This document shows positions 12,401 through 24,160 of a DNA stretch of 64,000 nt, one piece after another. Below the pieces are notes generated by a model. That model was not told where the DNA came from. It searched no databases and saw only the letters and a list, made by a program, of their open reading frames with translations. The position numbers were made by a program, and so were the translations under genes. Position 1 is the first letter of the stretch, and every line of letters begins with the position of its first letter. Source of the DNA: Camelus ferus (Eukaryota); NCBI RefSeq assembly GCF_009834535.1, contig NC_045697.1:119600001-119664000 (forward strand), written 5' to 3'.

Positions 12401-15400
12401 CCCATTCCACACACATGTCTGAGGGCACAAGTTTTTCCCTGTTAGGTAGAAGTACGCTAATTACCTCTAAAGACCATCGTGGGGCAATCGCTTCTACTTG
12501 GATTTCCATCCCAACCCCCAGGATTCCCTTGCAGCCCAGCCTGGGGAAACACACAGGGAAAAGAATCTACTGGTGATATTAGAACACATGCGCTGCTGAC
12601 AATTGTGGAAAACTACGAACACTCATGATAACAGCGCACATCTTTCTGTGTTTGATGGAGTATTAAAACACACTCCAGGCATTTTTTGGGGATCCAGTTT
12701 TTCCCAGGTTGGGAGATGTCGGCTAGATTCCTTCACTGCCCATGGGGATGCATTGACTTCTTCTTCGTTTTCAAGCCCAACTCCCAACTTTCACTTGCAT
12801 CCCGGTCTAGGATTATACCCAGGGATGACAGTCTAAGTGATTTTATCAGAGCTACGATGCTGCTGTCTTTTTTAGGAACTCCCAGACACTTAGGATTCTG
12901 GATCACGGCTATGCTTGGGGGTAGCTTTGGAGACCCACACCACAGAGATGGCTGGGGGCACAGATTTTTCCCTGTTAGGGAGATGTCCGCTAATTACCTC
13001 CACAGTCCATCTCGGGTCACTCGCTGCTACATGGCTTTCCAGCACAAGCGCAGCATTCCCTCGCAGGCCGGCCTGGGAAAACAATCAGGGATAATAAGCC
13101 AGTGGTTCTATTGGAACCCAGGTGCTGCAGAACATTGTAGGATACTCCACACACCCAGGAAAACAGAACACTTCTTTGTGTGTCTCATGAAGTTTCGTAA
13201 AAAACTCCACGCGTGTATCAGGGGTTAAGGTGTTGCTAGATAGTGGGAGTTCGGATAATTCCCACCAATGCCCATGGGGAGGCACTCGCTCCTGCTTGGC
13301 TTTCTAGCCCAAACCCCAGGTTTCCCACTCAGCCCGGCCTGGGAAAACACTCAGGGATTATATGCTATTGGTTGTATTGGAACCCAGTAGCTACCTACCG
13401 TTGTAGGCTCCTTCCCACATGTGGGATAACAGAAGAAATCTTTGTGTGTCTGATGGAGATGGGTAAACAAACTCCACGCATATTTCAGGGGGCACAGGTG
13501 TTCCAAGGCTGTGGGACGTCGGAAAATTACCTCAAACTCTCATGGGGAGTATCTCACTGCTGCTACGAAATACAGCCAAACCCACAGCTTTACCTCGCAG
13601 CTAGGCGTGTGTAAACACTCACGGAATAGGAAATACTGGTGCTATTAGAACCCAGGCGCTGCTGATATTTGTAGAATCCTCCCCACACTCAGGATAGCAG
13701 AACACATCTTTGTGTGTGTGATGGTGTAGAAAAATTCACTCCAGGCATATTTCTGGTGTTACAGCTGTTCCCAGGTTTGGAGATGTCGCCTAATTACCTC
13801 CACTGCCAATGGGGAGGCAATCTATACTTCTTCGTTTTCCAGACAAACTCCCAAATGTCCCTTGCAGCCCGGCCTAAGAAAACACCTAGTTATGACAATA
13901 TTAGTGATTCTATGAGAAACCCATCACTGCTGCCTCTTGGAGGTACAACACAAACTAAAAATTCGGGAACATGGCTTTGCTTGGTGGAGGTGTGGAGACC
14001 AACACCACAAGATTCCTGGGGGCACATTTCTCTCTCTCTGGGAGAAGTCCGCTAATTACCTCTACAGTCAATCTATGGGCATTCGTTGCTACTTGGCTTT
14101 CAAGCCAAACCCCAAGCTTTCCCTCGCAGCCCGCACAGGAAAACACTCAGAGATAATAAGTTAATGGTTCTATTGGAACTCAAGCACTGCAGACCGTTGT
14201 AGGAACCTCCACACACGTAGGATAACAGAAAAATTTTTTTGTGTCTCATTGAGATTGTAAACGCTCCACGCATGTTTCAGGGTGTACTGGTGTTCCTAGG
14301 TTGTGGGAGGTCATATACATCCAACTACAGCCCATGGGGAAGTACTCGCACCTGCTTGGCTTTCCAGCCCATCCCCCAGTTTCCTTGGCAACCCAGCCTG
14401 AGGAAACAATCAGGAAATGTAGCTAAAGTTTCTATCAGAACCCAGGTGCTGCAGTCTGCTGTAGGAACTTCAACACACACAGGATTCCCAAACACGGCTT
14501 TGCTTGGAATAGTTTTGAAGCCCCAATCCACAAACATGGATGGAGGCACAAGTTTTTCCCTGTTAGGGAGAAGTCCGCTAATTAGCTCTAAAGTCTTTCT
14601 CTGGCCCCTGCTGCTACTTGGAATTCCAGCCCAACCCCCATGTTTCCCTTGCAGCCCGGCCTGTGTTAACACAGAGGGAAAAGAAGCTATTGGTTCTATT
14701 TGAACCCATGCCCTGCTGACAATTGTGGAAACCTTCGAACACTCAGGATAACAGAAGATACCTTTCTGTGTGTGACGGAGTAGGAAAACACAATCCAGGA
14801 ATGTTTCTGGGGGTACAGCTTTTCCCAGGTTGGGAGATTTCGCCTAATTTCCTCCGCTTCCAATGGGGAGGCACTCTATACTTCTTCGCTTTCCAGACCA
14901 ACTCCCAGCTTTCCTTTGAAGCCCGGCCTAAGGAAACACCTAGGTATGACAATATTAGCGATTCTATCAGAACCCCCTCTCTGCTGACTGTTGGAAGTAC
15001 AACACACACTCAAAATTCCGGAATATGGCTTTGCTTTGTAGAGGTATGGATACCAACAACACAATATGCCTGGGGGCACAGTTTCTCGCTGTCTGGGAGA
15101 AGTCCGCTAATTACCTCTACAGTCAATATCTGGGCAATCCTGGCTAATTGGGTTTCCAACCGAATCTCCAGTTTCCCTCTCAGCCCACCCTGGGACACAC
15201 TCAGATTTTATAACCTAGTGGTTCTTTTGGAACAAAGGCACTGCAGACCGTTGTAGGAAGCTCCGCACACGCAGGATAACAGAACAATTTTTTTGTGTCT
15301 CATTGAGATGGTAAAAATTCCACCCATGTTTCAGGGGGTACAGGTATTCCTAGGTTGGAGGAGGCCATATTATTCCCATTAATGACCATGGGGAAGTAAT

Positions 15401-16300
15401 TGCTCCTGCTTGGATATCCATCATATCCCCCAGTTTCCCTTGCAACACAGTCAGAGAAAACAGTCAGGAAATATAGCTAAAGTTTCTATTAGAACCCAGG
15501 CGCTGCTGACAGTTGTAGAAACCTCCCCATACACAGAGTAACAGAACACATTTTTGTGTGTGAGTTGGAGTAGGAATACACAGTACATGCATGTATCTGG
15601 GGTGCAGGTTTAACCAGTTTGGGAGACGTTGGCTAAGTATCTCCACAGCCCATGGGGAGGCACTCAGTTTTCTTCGATTTCCAGCCCTACTCCCAGCTTT
15701 CCATGCAGCCCGGGTTAGGAAATCACCAAGGGATTACAAACTAAATCATTCTATCAGAACCAGCGCGCTGCTGTATGTGTTGAGGAACCTCCAAACACTC
15801 AGAATTCCGGAAAACGGAATTGCTTTGTGCGAATTGTGAAGCCCCACAGCACACTCATTCCTGGGGTCCCAAGATTTTCCCTTTTAGGGCCAAGTCCGCT
15901 AATTACCTCCATAGTCCATCTCGGGACACTAGCTGCTACTTGGATACCCAGCCCAACCCCCATGTTTCCCTTGCAGCCCGGCCTGGGTTAACATAGAACG
16001 AAAAAAAGCTTTTGGTGTTATTCGAACCCATGCCCTGCTGACAATTGTGGAAAACTTCGAACACTCAAGATAACAGAACATATCTTTCTGTGTGTGATGG
16101 AGTAGGAAAACACACTCCAGGCATTTTTTGGTGATCCAGGTTTTCCCAGGTTGGGGGAGGTCGGCTAGATTCCTTCAGTGCCCATGGGGTGGCACTTTAT
16201 TCTTCTTCGTTTTCAAGCCCAACTCCCAGCTTTCCCTTGCAGCCCGGACAAGTGAAACACCCATGGAAGACAAATAAATGATTCTATAAGAACCCCGGAG
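9414..16300 (+). repeat. Family-I 26-mer HOR, copy 1 (6887 bp); class string ACBABACBACBAB + ACCBACABACBAB
   Basis: I counted 26 monomers between successive family-I M1 markers (GGAACACG.CTTTGAGTGTGGGGAG). The block is near-identical to 16,301-23,194; ORF echoes at offset 6893 include 12,686/19,579, 13,714/20,607, 14,239/21,132 and 14,723/21,616. Confidence 0.93.
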
Positions 16301-19300
16301 TTGCTGTCTGTTGGAGGATCCTCCAAAGCTTCAGGATTCTGGAACACGTCTTTGAGTGTGGGGAGTTGTGGAACCCCAATCCACGCAGATGGATGGGGTC
16401 ACAGATTTGTCCCTGTTAGGGAGAAGTCCGCTAATTACCTCCAAAGTGCATCTTGGGGCACTCGCTTTTTCTTAGATTTTCAGTCTATACCACAGTTTTC
16501 ACTCGCAGCCCGGCGTGGTAAAACACTCAGTGATAATAAGCTAGGTTTCTATTTTAACCCAGGTGCTGCAGACAATTGTAGGAACCTCCCCACACTCAGA
16601 ATAACAGAACAATACTTTGAGTGTCTGATTTAGATGGGTAAACTAAATCCACGCATGTTTCATTTTGTATAGGAGTTCCTAGGTTGTGGGAGGTCGGATA
16701 TTTACATCCACTGTCCATGGGGAGTCCCATGCAGTTGCTTGGATTCCAGCCAAACCCTCAGCGTACCCTCGCATCCCGGCCTGTGAAAACACTCAGGGAA
16801 ATAAAGCTACAGTTTGTATAAGAACTAAGGCGCTCCTGACATTTGTAGAAACTTCCCTACACTAAGGAAAACAGAACACAGCTTTGTGTGTGTGATGGAG
16901 TAGGAAAACACTGTAAGGCATGTCACTGGGGTGCAGGTGTTCGCAGGATGGGAAATGTTGGCTAATTACCTCCACTGCCCATGGGGAAGCACTCTCTTCT
17001 TCTTCGATATCGTGAGCCCTATTCCTAGCATTCCCTTGACGAGCGACCGTGGAAAACACCCAGGGATGACAAACTAAATCATTCTATCAGAACCAGGGCG
17101 CTGCTGTATGTTGGAGGAACCTCCAAACACTCAGGATTCCGGAACACAGATTATCTTGGTGCGAATTTTTAAGACCCAAAGCACACTCAATGTTGGGGCC
17201 TAAGATTTTCCCTTTTAAGTCCAAGTCCGCTAAGTACTTCCATAGTCCATCTCGGGGCACTCGCTGCTACTTGGATTTCCAGCCCAACCCACATGATTCC
17301 CTTGCAGCCCGGCCTGGGGTAACACAGATCGAAAAGAAGCTATTGGTGCTATTTGAACCCATGCCCTGCTGACAATTGTGGAAACCTTCGAACACTCAGG
17401 ATAACAGAACATAACTTTCTGTGTGTAATGGAGTAGGAAAACACACTCCAGGCATTTTTCTGGGGATCCAGGTTTTCCCAGGTTGGGAGATGTCGGCTAG
17501 GTTCCTTCCGTGCCCATGAGGTGGCACTTTATTCTTTTTCAATTTCAAGACCAACTCCCAGCTTTCCCTTGAAGCCCGGACAATGAAACACCCATGGATG
17601 AAAAATAAGTTATTTTATCAGAACCCCGGTGTTGCTGTATGTTGGAGGAACCTCCAAACTCTCAGGATTCTGGAACACGGATTGGCTTGGTGCGAATTGT
17701 GAAGCCCCAGAGCACACTCATTGCTGGGGCCCAAGATTTTCCCTTTTAGGGCTAACTCTGCTAATTACCTCCATAGTCCATCTCAGGGCATTCGCTGCTA
17801 CTTGTATTTAAAGCCCAAACCCAAGCTTTCCCACGCAGTCCGGCCTCAGAAAGCACACAGGGAAAATATTTTATTGGTTGTAACGGAACCCAGTCTCTAC
17901 CTACCGTTGTAGGAATCTTCCCACAACTAGGATAAAATAAGAAACATTTTTGTGTCTGATGGAGATGGGTAAACAAACTCCAAGCATTTATCAGGATGCT
18001 TAGGGTTTCCAAGGCTGTGGGACGTCGGAAAATTACCTCAAATTCTCATGCGTAATAACTCGCTGCTGCTACGAATTACAGCCAAGACCACCGATATACC
18101 TGGCAGCCAGGCCTGTGATAAAACTCATGGAAAACAAAATAATGGTGCTACTAGAACCCAGCCGCTGCTGAAATTTGTAGAATGCTCCGCACACTCAGGA
18201 TAGCAGAACAAATTTTTGTGTGTGTGATGGTGTAGGTAAATACACTACAGGTATGTTTCTGGTGTTACAGCTGTTCCCAGGTTTGGAGATGTCGCCTAAT
18301 TACCTCCACTTCCAATGGGGAGGCACTCTATATTTCTTCGTTTTCCAGACCAACTCCCTGCTTTCCTTTGAAGCCAGGCCTAAGGAAACAACTAGAGATG
18401 ACAATATTATTGATTCTATGAGAAAACCCGCTCTGCTGTCTGTTGGAGGTACAACACACACTCAAAATTCCGGAACATGGCTTTGCTTGTTGGAGGTATG
18501 GAGACAAACACCACAAGATGCCTGGGGGCACAGTTACTCTCTGTTTGGGAGAATTCCGCTATTTACCTTTACAGTCAATTTCTGGGCAATCCTGACTACT
18601 TGGCTTTCCAGGCGAACCCCCAGTTTCCAGCGCAGCCCGCCCTGGAAAACACTCAGTGATTATAAGCTAGTGGTTCTATTGGAACCCAGGCACTGCAGAC
18701 CATTTTAGGAAGCTCTGCACACGCAGGATAACACAACACTTGTTTTGTGTCTGATTGAGATTCGAAAAACTCCACGCATGTTTCAGGGGGTACAGGTTTT
18801 CCTAGGTTGGGGGTGGTCAGATTATTCCCATTAATGCCCAAGGGGAGGTAATCGCTCCTGCTTGGATTTCCATCCCATCCCCCAGTTTCCCTTGCAACCC
18901 AGCCAGAGAAAGCAGTCAGGAAATTTAGCTAAAGTTTCTATTAGAACCCAGGCGCTGCTGACATTTGTAGAAACTTCTCCATACACAGTTTAACAGAACA
19001 CTTCTTTGTGTGTGTTATTGAGTAGGAAAACAGAGTTCATGCATTTTTCTGGGGTGCAGGTGTAACCAGGCTGTGAGACGTTGGCTAAGTATCTCCACAG
19101 CCCATGGGGAGGCACTCTGTTTTTCTACGTTTTCCAGACCTACTCCCAGGTTTCCCTTGCAGCCCGGGTTGGAAAACACCCAGGGATGACAAACTAAATG
19201 ATTCTATCAGAACCCAGGCGCTGCTGTCTGTTGGAGGAACCTCCAAACACTCAGGATTAACAAACACATCTTTGCTTTGGAGAATTGTGAAGCCCCATTC

Positions 19301-22300
19301 CACACACATGTCTGAGGGCACAAGTTTTTCCCTGTTAGGTAGAAGTACGCTAATTACCTCTAAAGACCATCGTGGGGCAATCGCTTCTACTTGGATTTCC
19401 ATCCCAACCCCCAGGATTCCCTTGCAGCCCAGCCTGGGGAAACACACAGGGAAAAGAATCTACTGGTGATATTAGAACACATGCGCTGCTGACAATTGTG
19501 GAAAACTACGAACACTCATGATAACAGCGCACTTCTTTCTGTGTTTGATGGAGTATTAAAACACACTCCAGGCATTTTTTGGGGATCCAGTTTTTCCCAG
19601 GTTGGGAGATGTCGGCTAGATTCCTTCACTGCCCATGGGGATGCATTGATTTCTTCTTCGTTTTCAAGCCCAACTCCCAACTTTCACTTGCATCCCGGTC
19701 TAGGATTATACCCAGGGATGACAGTCTAAATGATTTTATCAGAGCTACGATGCTGCTGTCTTTTTTAGGAACTTCCAGACACTTAGGATTCTGGATCACG
19801 GCTATGCTTGGGGGTAGCTTTGGAGACCCACACCACAGAGATGGCTGGGGGCACAGATTTTTCCCTGTTAGGGAGATGTCCACTAATTACCTCCACAGTC
19901 CATCTCGGGTCACTCGCTGCTACATGGCTTTCCAGCACAAGCGCAGCATTCCCTCGCAGGCTGGCCTGGGAAAACAATCAGGGATAATAAGCCAGTGGTT
20001 CTATTGGAACCCAGGTGCTGCAGAACATTGTAGGATACTCCGCACACCCAGGAAAACAGAACACTTCTTTGTGTGTCTCATGAAGTTTCGTAAAAAACTC
20101 CACGCGTGTATCAGGGGTTAAGGTGTTGCTAGATAGTGGGAGTTCGGATAATTCCCACCAATGCCCATGGGGAGGCACTCGCTCCTGCTTGGCTTTCCAG
20201 CCCAAACCCCAGGTTTCCCTCTCAGCCCGGCCTGGGAAAACACTCAGGGATTATATGCTATTGGTTGTATTGGAACCCAGTAGCTACCTACCGTTGTAGG
20301 CTCCTTCCCACATGTGGGATAACAGAAGAAATCTTTGTGTGTCTGATGGAGATGGGTAAACAAACTCCACGCATATTTCAGGGGGCACAGGTGTTCCAAG
20401 GCTGTGGGACGTCGGAAAATTACCTCAAATTCTCATGGGGAGTATCTCACTGCTGCTACGAAATACAGCCAAACCCACAGCTTTACCTCGCAGCTAGGCG
20501 TGTGTTAACACTCACGGAATAGGAAATACTGGTGCTATTAGAACCCAGGCGCTGCTGATATTTGTAGAATCCTCCCCACACTCAGGATAGCAGAACACAT
20601 CTTTGTGTGTGTGATGGTGTAGAAAAATTCACTCCAGGCATATTTCTGGTGTTACAGCTGTTCCCAGGTTTGGAGATGTCGCCTAATTACCTCCACTGCC
20701 AATGGGGAGGCAATCTATACTTCTTCGTTTTCCAGACAAACTCCCAAATGTCCCTTGCAGCCCGGCCGAAGAAAACACCTAGTTATGACAATATTAGTGA
20801 TTCTATGAGAAACCCATCACTGCTGCCTCTTGGAGGTACAACACAAACTAAAAATTCGGGAACATGGCTTTGCTTGGTGGAGGTGTGGAGACCAACACCA
20901 CAAGATTCCTGGGGGCACATTTCTCTCTCTCTGGGAGAAGTCCGCTAATTACCTCTACAGTCAATCTCTTGGCACTCGTTGCTACTTGGCTTTCAAGCCA
21001 AACCCCAAGCTTTCCCTCGCAGCCCGCACAGGAAAACACTCAGAGATAATAAGTTAATGGTTGTATTGGAACTCAAGCACTGCAGACCGTTGTAGGAACC
21101 TCCGCACACGTAGGATAACAGAAAAATTTTTTTGTGTCTCATTGTGATTGTAAACGCTCCACGCATGTTTCAGGGTGTACTGGTGTTCCTAGGTTGTGGG
21201 AGGTCATATACATCCAACTACAGCCCATGGGGAAGTACTCGCACCTGCTTGGCTTTCCAGCCCATCCCCCAGTTTCCTTGGCAACCCAGCCTGAGGAAAC
21301 AATCAGGAAATGTAGCTAAAGTTTCTATCAGAACCCAGGTGCTGCAGTCTGCTGTAGGAACTTCAACACACACAGGATTCCCAAACACGGCTTTGCTTGG
21401 AAAAGTTTTGAAGCCCGAATCCACAAACATGAATGGGGGCACAAGTTTTTCCCTGTTAGGGAGAAGTCCGCTAATTAGCTCTAAAGTCTTTCTCTGGCCC
21501 CTGCTGCTACTTGGAATTCCAGCCCAACCCCCATGTTTCCCTTGCAGCCCGGCCTGTGGTAACACTGAGGGAAAAGAAGCTATTGGTTCTCTTTGAACCC
21601 ATGCCCTGCTGACAATTGTGGAAACCTTCGAACACTCAGGATAACAGAAGATACCTTTCTGTGTGTGACGGAGTAGGAAAACACAATCCAGGAATGTTTC
21701 TGGGGGTACAGCTTTTCCCAGGTTGGGAGATTTCGCCTAATTTCCTCCGCTTCCAATGGGGAGGCACTCTATACTTCTTCGCTTTCCAGACCAACTCCCA
21801 GCTTTCCTTTGAAGCCCGGCCTAAGGAAACACCTAGGTATGACAATATTAGCGATTCTATCAGAACCCCCTCTCTGCTGACTGTTGGAAGTACAACACAC
21901 ACTCAAAATTCCGGAATATGGCTTTTCTTTGTAGAGGTATGGAGACCAACACCACAATATGCCTGGGGGCACACTTTCTCTCTGTCTGGGAGAAGCCCGC
22001 TAATTACCTCTACAGTCAATATCTGGGCAATCCTGGCTAATTGGGTTTCCAACCGAATCTCCAGTTTCCCTCTCAGCCCACCCTGGGACACACTCAGATA
22101 TTATAAGCTAGTGGTTCTATTGGAACCAAGGCACTGCAGACCGTTGTAGGAAGCTCCGCACACGCAGGAAAACAGAACAATTTTTTTGTGTCTCATTGAG
22201 ATGGTAAAAATTCCACGCATGTTTCAGGGGGTACAGGTATTCCTAGGTTGGGGGAGGTCAGATTATTCCCATTAATGACCATGGGGAAGTAATCGCTCCT

Positions 22301-23194
22301 GCTTGGATATCCATCCCATCCCTCAGTTTCCCTTGCAACCCAGTCAGAGAAAACAGTCAGGAAATATAGCTAAAGTTTCTATTAGAACCCAGGCGCTGCT
22401 GACAGTTGTAGAAACCTCCCCATACACAGGGAAACAGAACACATTTTTGTGTGTGAGATGTAGTAGGAATACACAGTACATGCATGTATCTGGGGTGCAG
22501 GTTTAACCAGTTTGGGAGACGTTGGCTAAGTATCTCCACAGCCCATGGGGAGGCACTCAGTTTTCTTCGATTTCCAGCCCTACTCCCAGCTTTCCATGCA
22601 GGCCGGGTTAGGAAATCACCCTGGGATTACAAACTAAATCATTCTATCAGAACCAGCGTGCTGCTGTATGTGTTGAGGAACCTCCAAACACTCAGGATTC
22701 CGGAACACGGAATTGCTTTGTGCGAATTGTGAAGCCCCACAGCACACTCATTCCTGGGGTCCCAAGATTTTCCCTTTTAGGGCCAAGTCCGCTAATTACC
22801 TCCATAGTCCATCTCGGGGCACTCGCTGCTACTTGGATTCCCAGCCCAACCCCCATGTTTCCCTGGCAGCCCAGCCTGTGTTAACACAGAACGAAAAAAA
22901 GCTTTTGGTGTTATTCGAACCCATGCCCTGCTGATAATTGTGGAAAACTTCGAACACTCAAGATAACAGAACATATCTTTCTGTGTGTGATGTAGTAGGA
23001 AAACACACTCCAGGCATTTTTATGGGGATCCAGGTTTTCCCAGGTTGGGGGAGGTCCGCTAGATTCCTTCAGTGCCCATGGGGTGGCACTGTCTTCTTCT
23101 TCGTTTTCAAGCCCAACTCCCAGCTTTCCCTTGCAGCCCGGACAAGTGAAACACCCATGGAAGACAAATAAGTGATTCTATCAGAACCCCGGCG
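16301..23194 (+). repeat. Family-I 26-mer HOR, copy 2 (~6894 bp)
   Basis: Collinear with 9414-16,300 throughout, including the unusual monomers (CCCGGTCTAGGATTATACCC at ~12,801 and ~19,694). Confidence 0.93.
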
Positions 23195-24160
23195 TTGCTG
23201 TCTGTTGGAGGATCCTCCAAAGCTTCAGGATTCTGGAACACGTCTTTGAGTGTGGGGAGTTGTGGAACCCCAATCCACGCAGATAGATGGGGTCACAGAT
23301 TTGTCCCTGTTAGGGAGAAGTCCGCTAATTACCTCCAAAGTGCATCTTGGGCACTCGATTTTTCTTAGATTTTCAGTCTATCCCCCAGTTTTCACTCGCA
23401 GCCCGGCGTTATAAAACACTCATGATAATAAGCTATGTTTCTATTTTAACCCAGGTGCTGCAGACAATTGTAGGAACTTCCCCACACTCAGAATAACAGA
23501 ACAATAATTTGAGTGTCTGATTTAGATGGGTAAACTAAATCCACGCATGTTTCAGGTTGTATAGGAGTTCCTAGGTTGTGGGAATTCGGATATTTACATC
23601 CACTGTCCATGGGGAGTCCCTTGCAGTTGCTTGGATTCCAGCCCAACCCCCAGCGTACCCTCGCATCCCGGCCTGTGTAAACACTCAGGGAAATAAAGCT
23701 ACAGTTTGTATAAGAACTAAGGCACTCCTGACAGTTGTAGAAACCTCCCTACACTAAGGAAAACAGAACACAGCTTTGTGTGTGTGATGGAGTAGGAAAA
23801 CACTGTAAGGCATGTCACTGGGGTGCAGGTGTTCGCAGGATGGGAAATGTTAGCTAATTACCTACACTGACCATGGGGAAGCACTCCATTCTTCTTCGAT
23901 ATCCAGCCATAATATTAGCATTCCCTTGCATAGCGACCGTGGAAATCACCCAGGGATTACAAACTAAATCATTCTATCAGAACCAGGGCGCTGCTGTATG
24001 TTGGAGGAACCTCCAAACACTCAGGATTCCGGAACACGGTTTTTCTTGGTGCGAATTTTGAAGCCCCAAAGCACACTCATTGTTGGGGCCTAAGATTTTC
24101 CCTTTTAAGTCCAAGTCCGCTAAGTACTTCCATAGTCCAACTCGGGGCACTCGCTGCTAC
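23195..24160 (+). repeat. Truncated third family-I HOR (monomers 1-3 and part of 4), ending at the family I/II junction
   Basis: Matches 16,301-17,270. It then diverges after ...CTCGGGGCACTCGCTGCTACTTGG at ~24,164. Confidence 0.88.
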
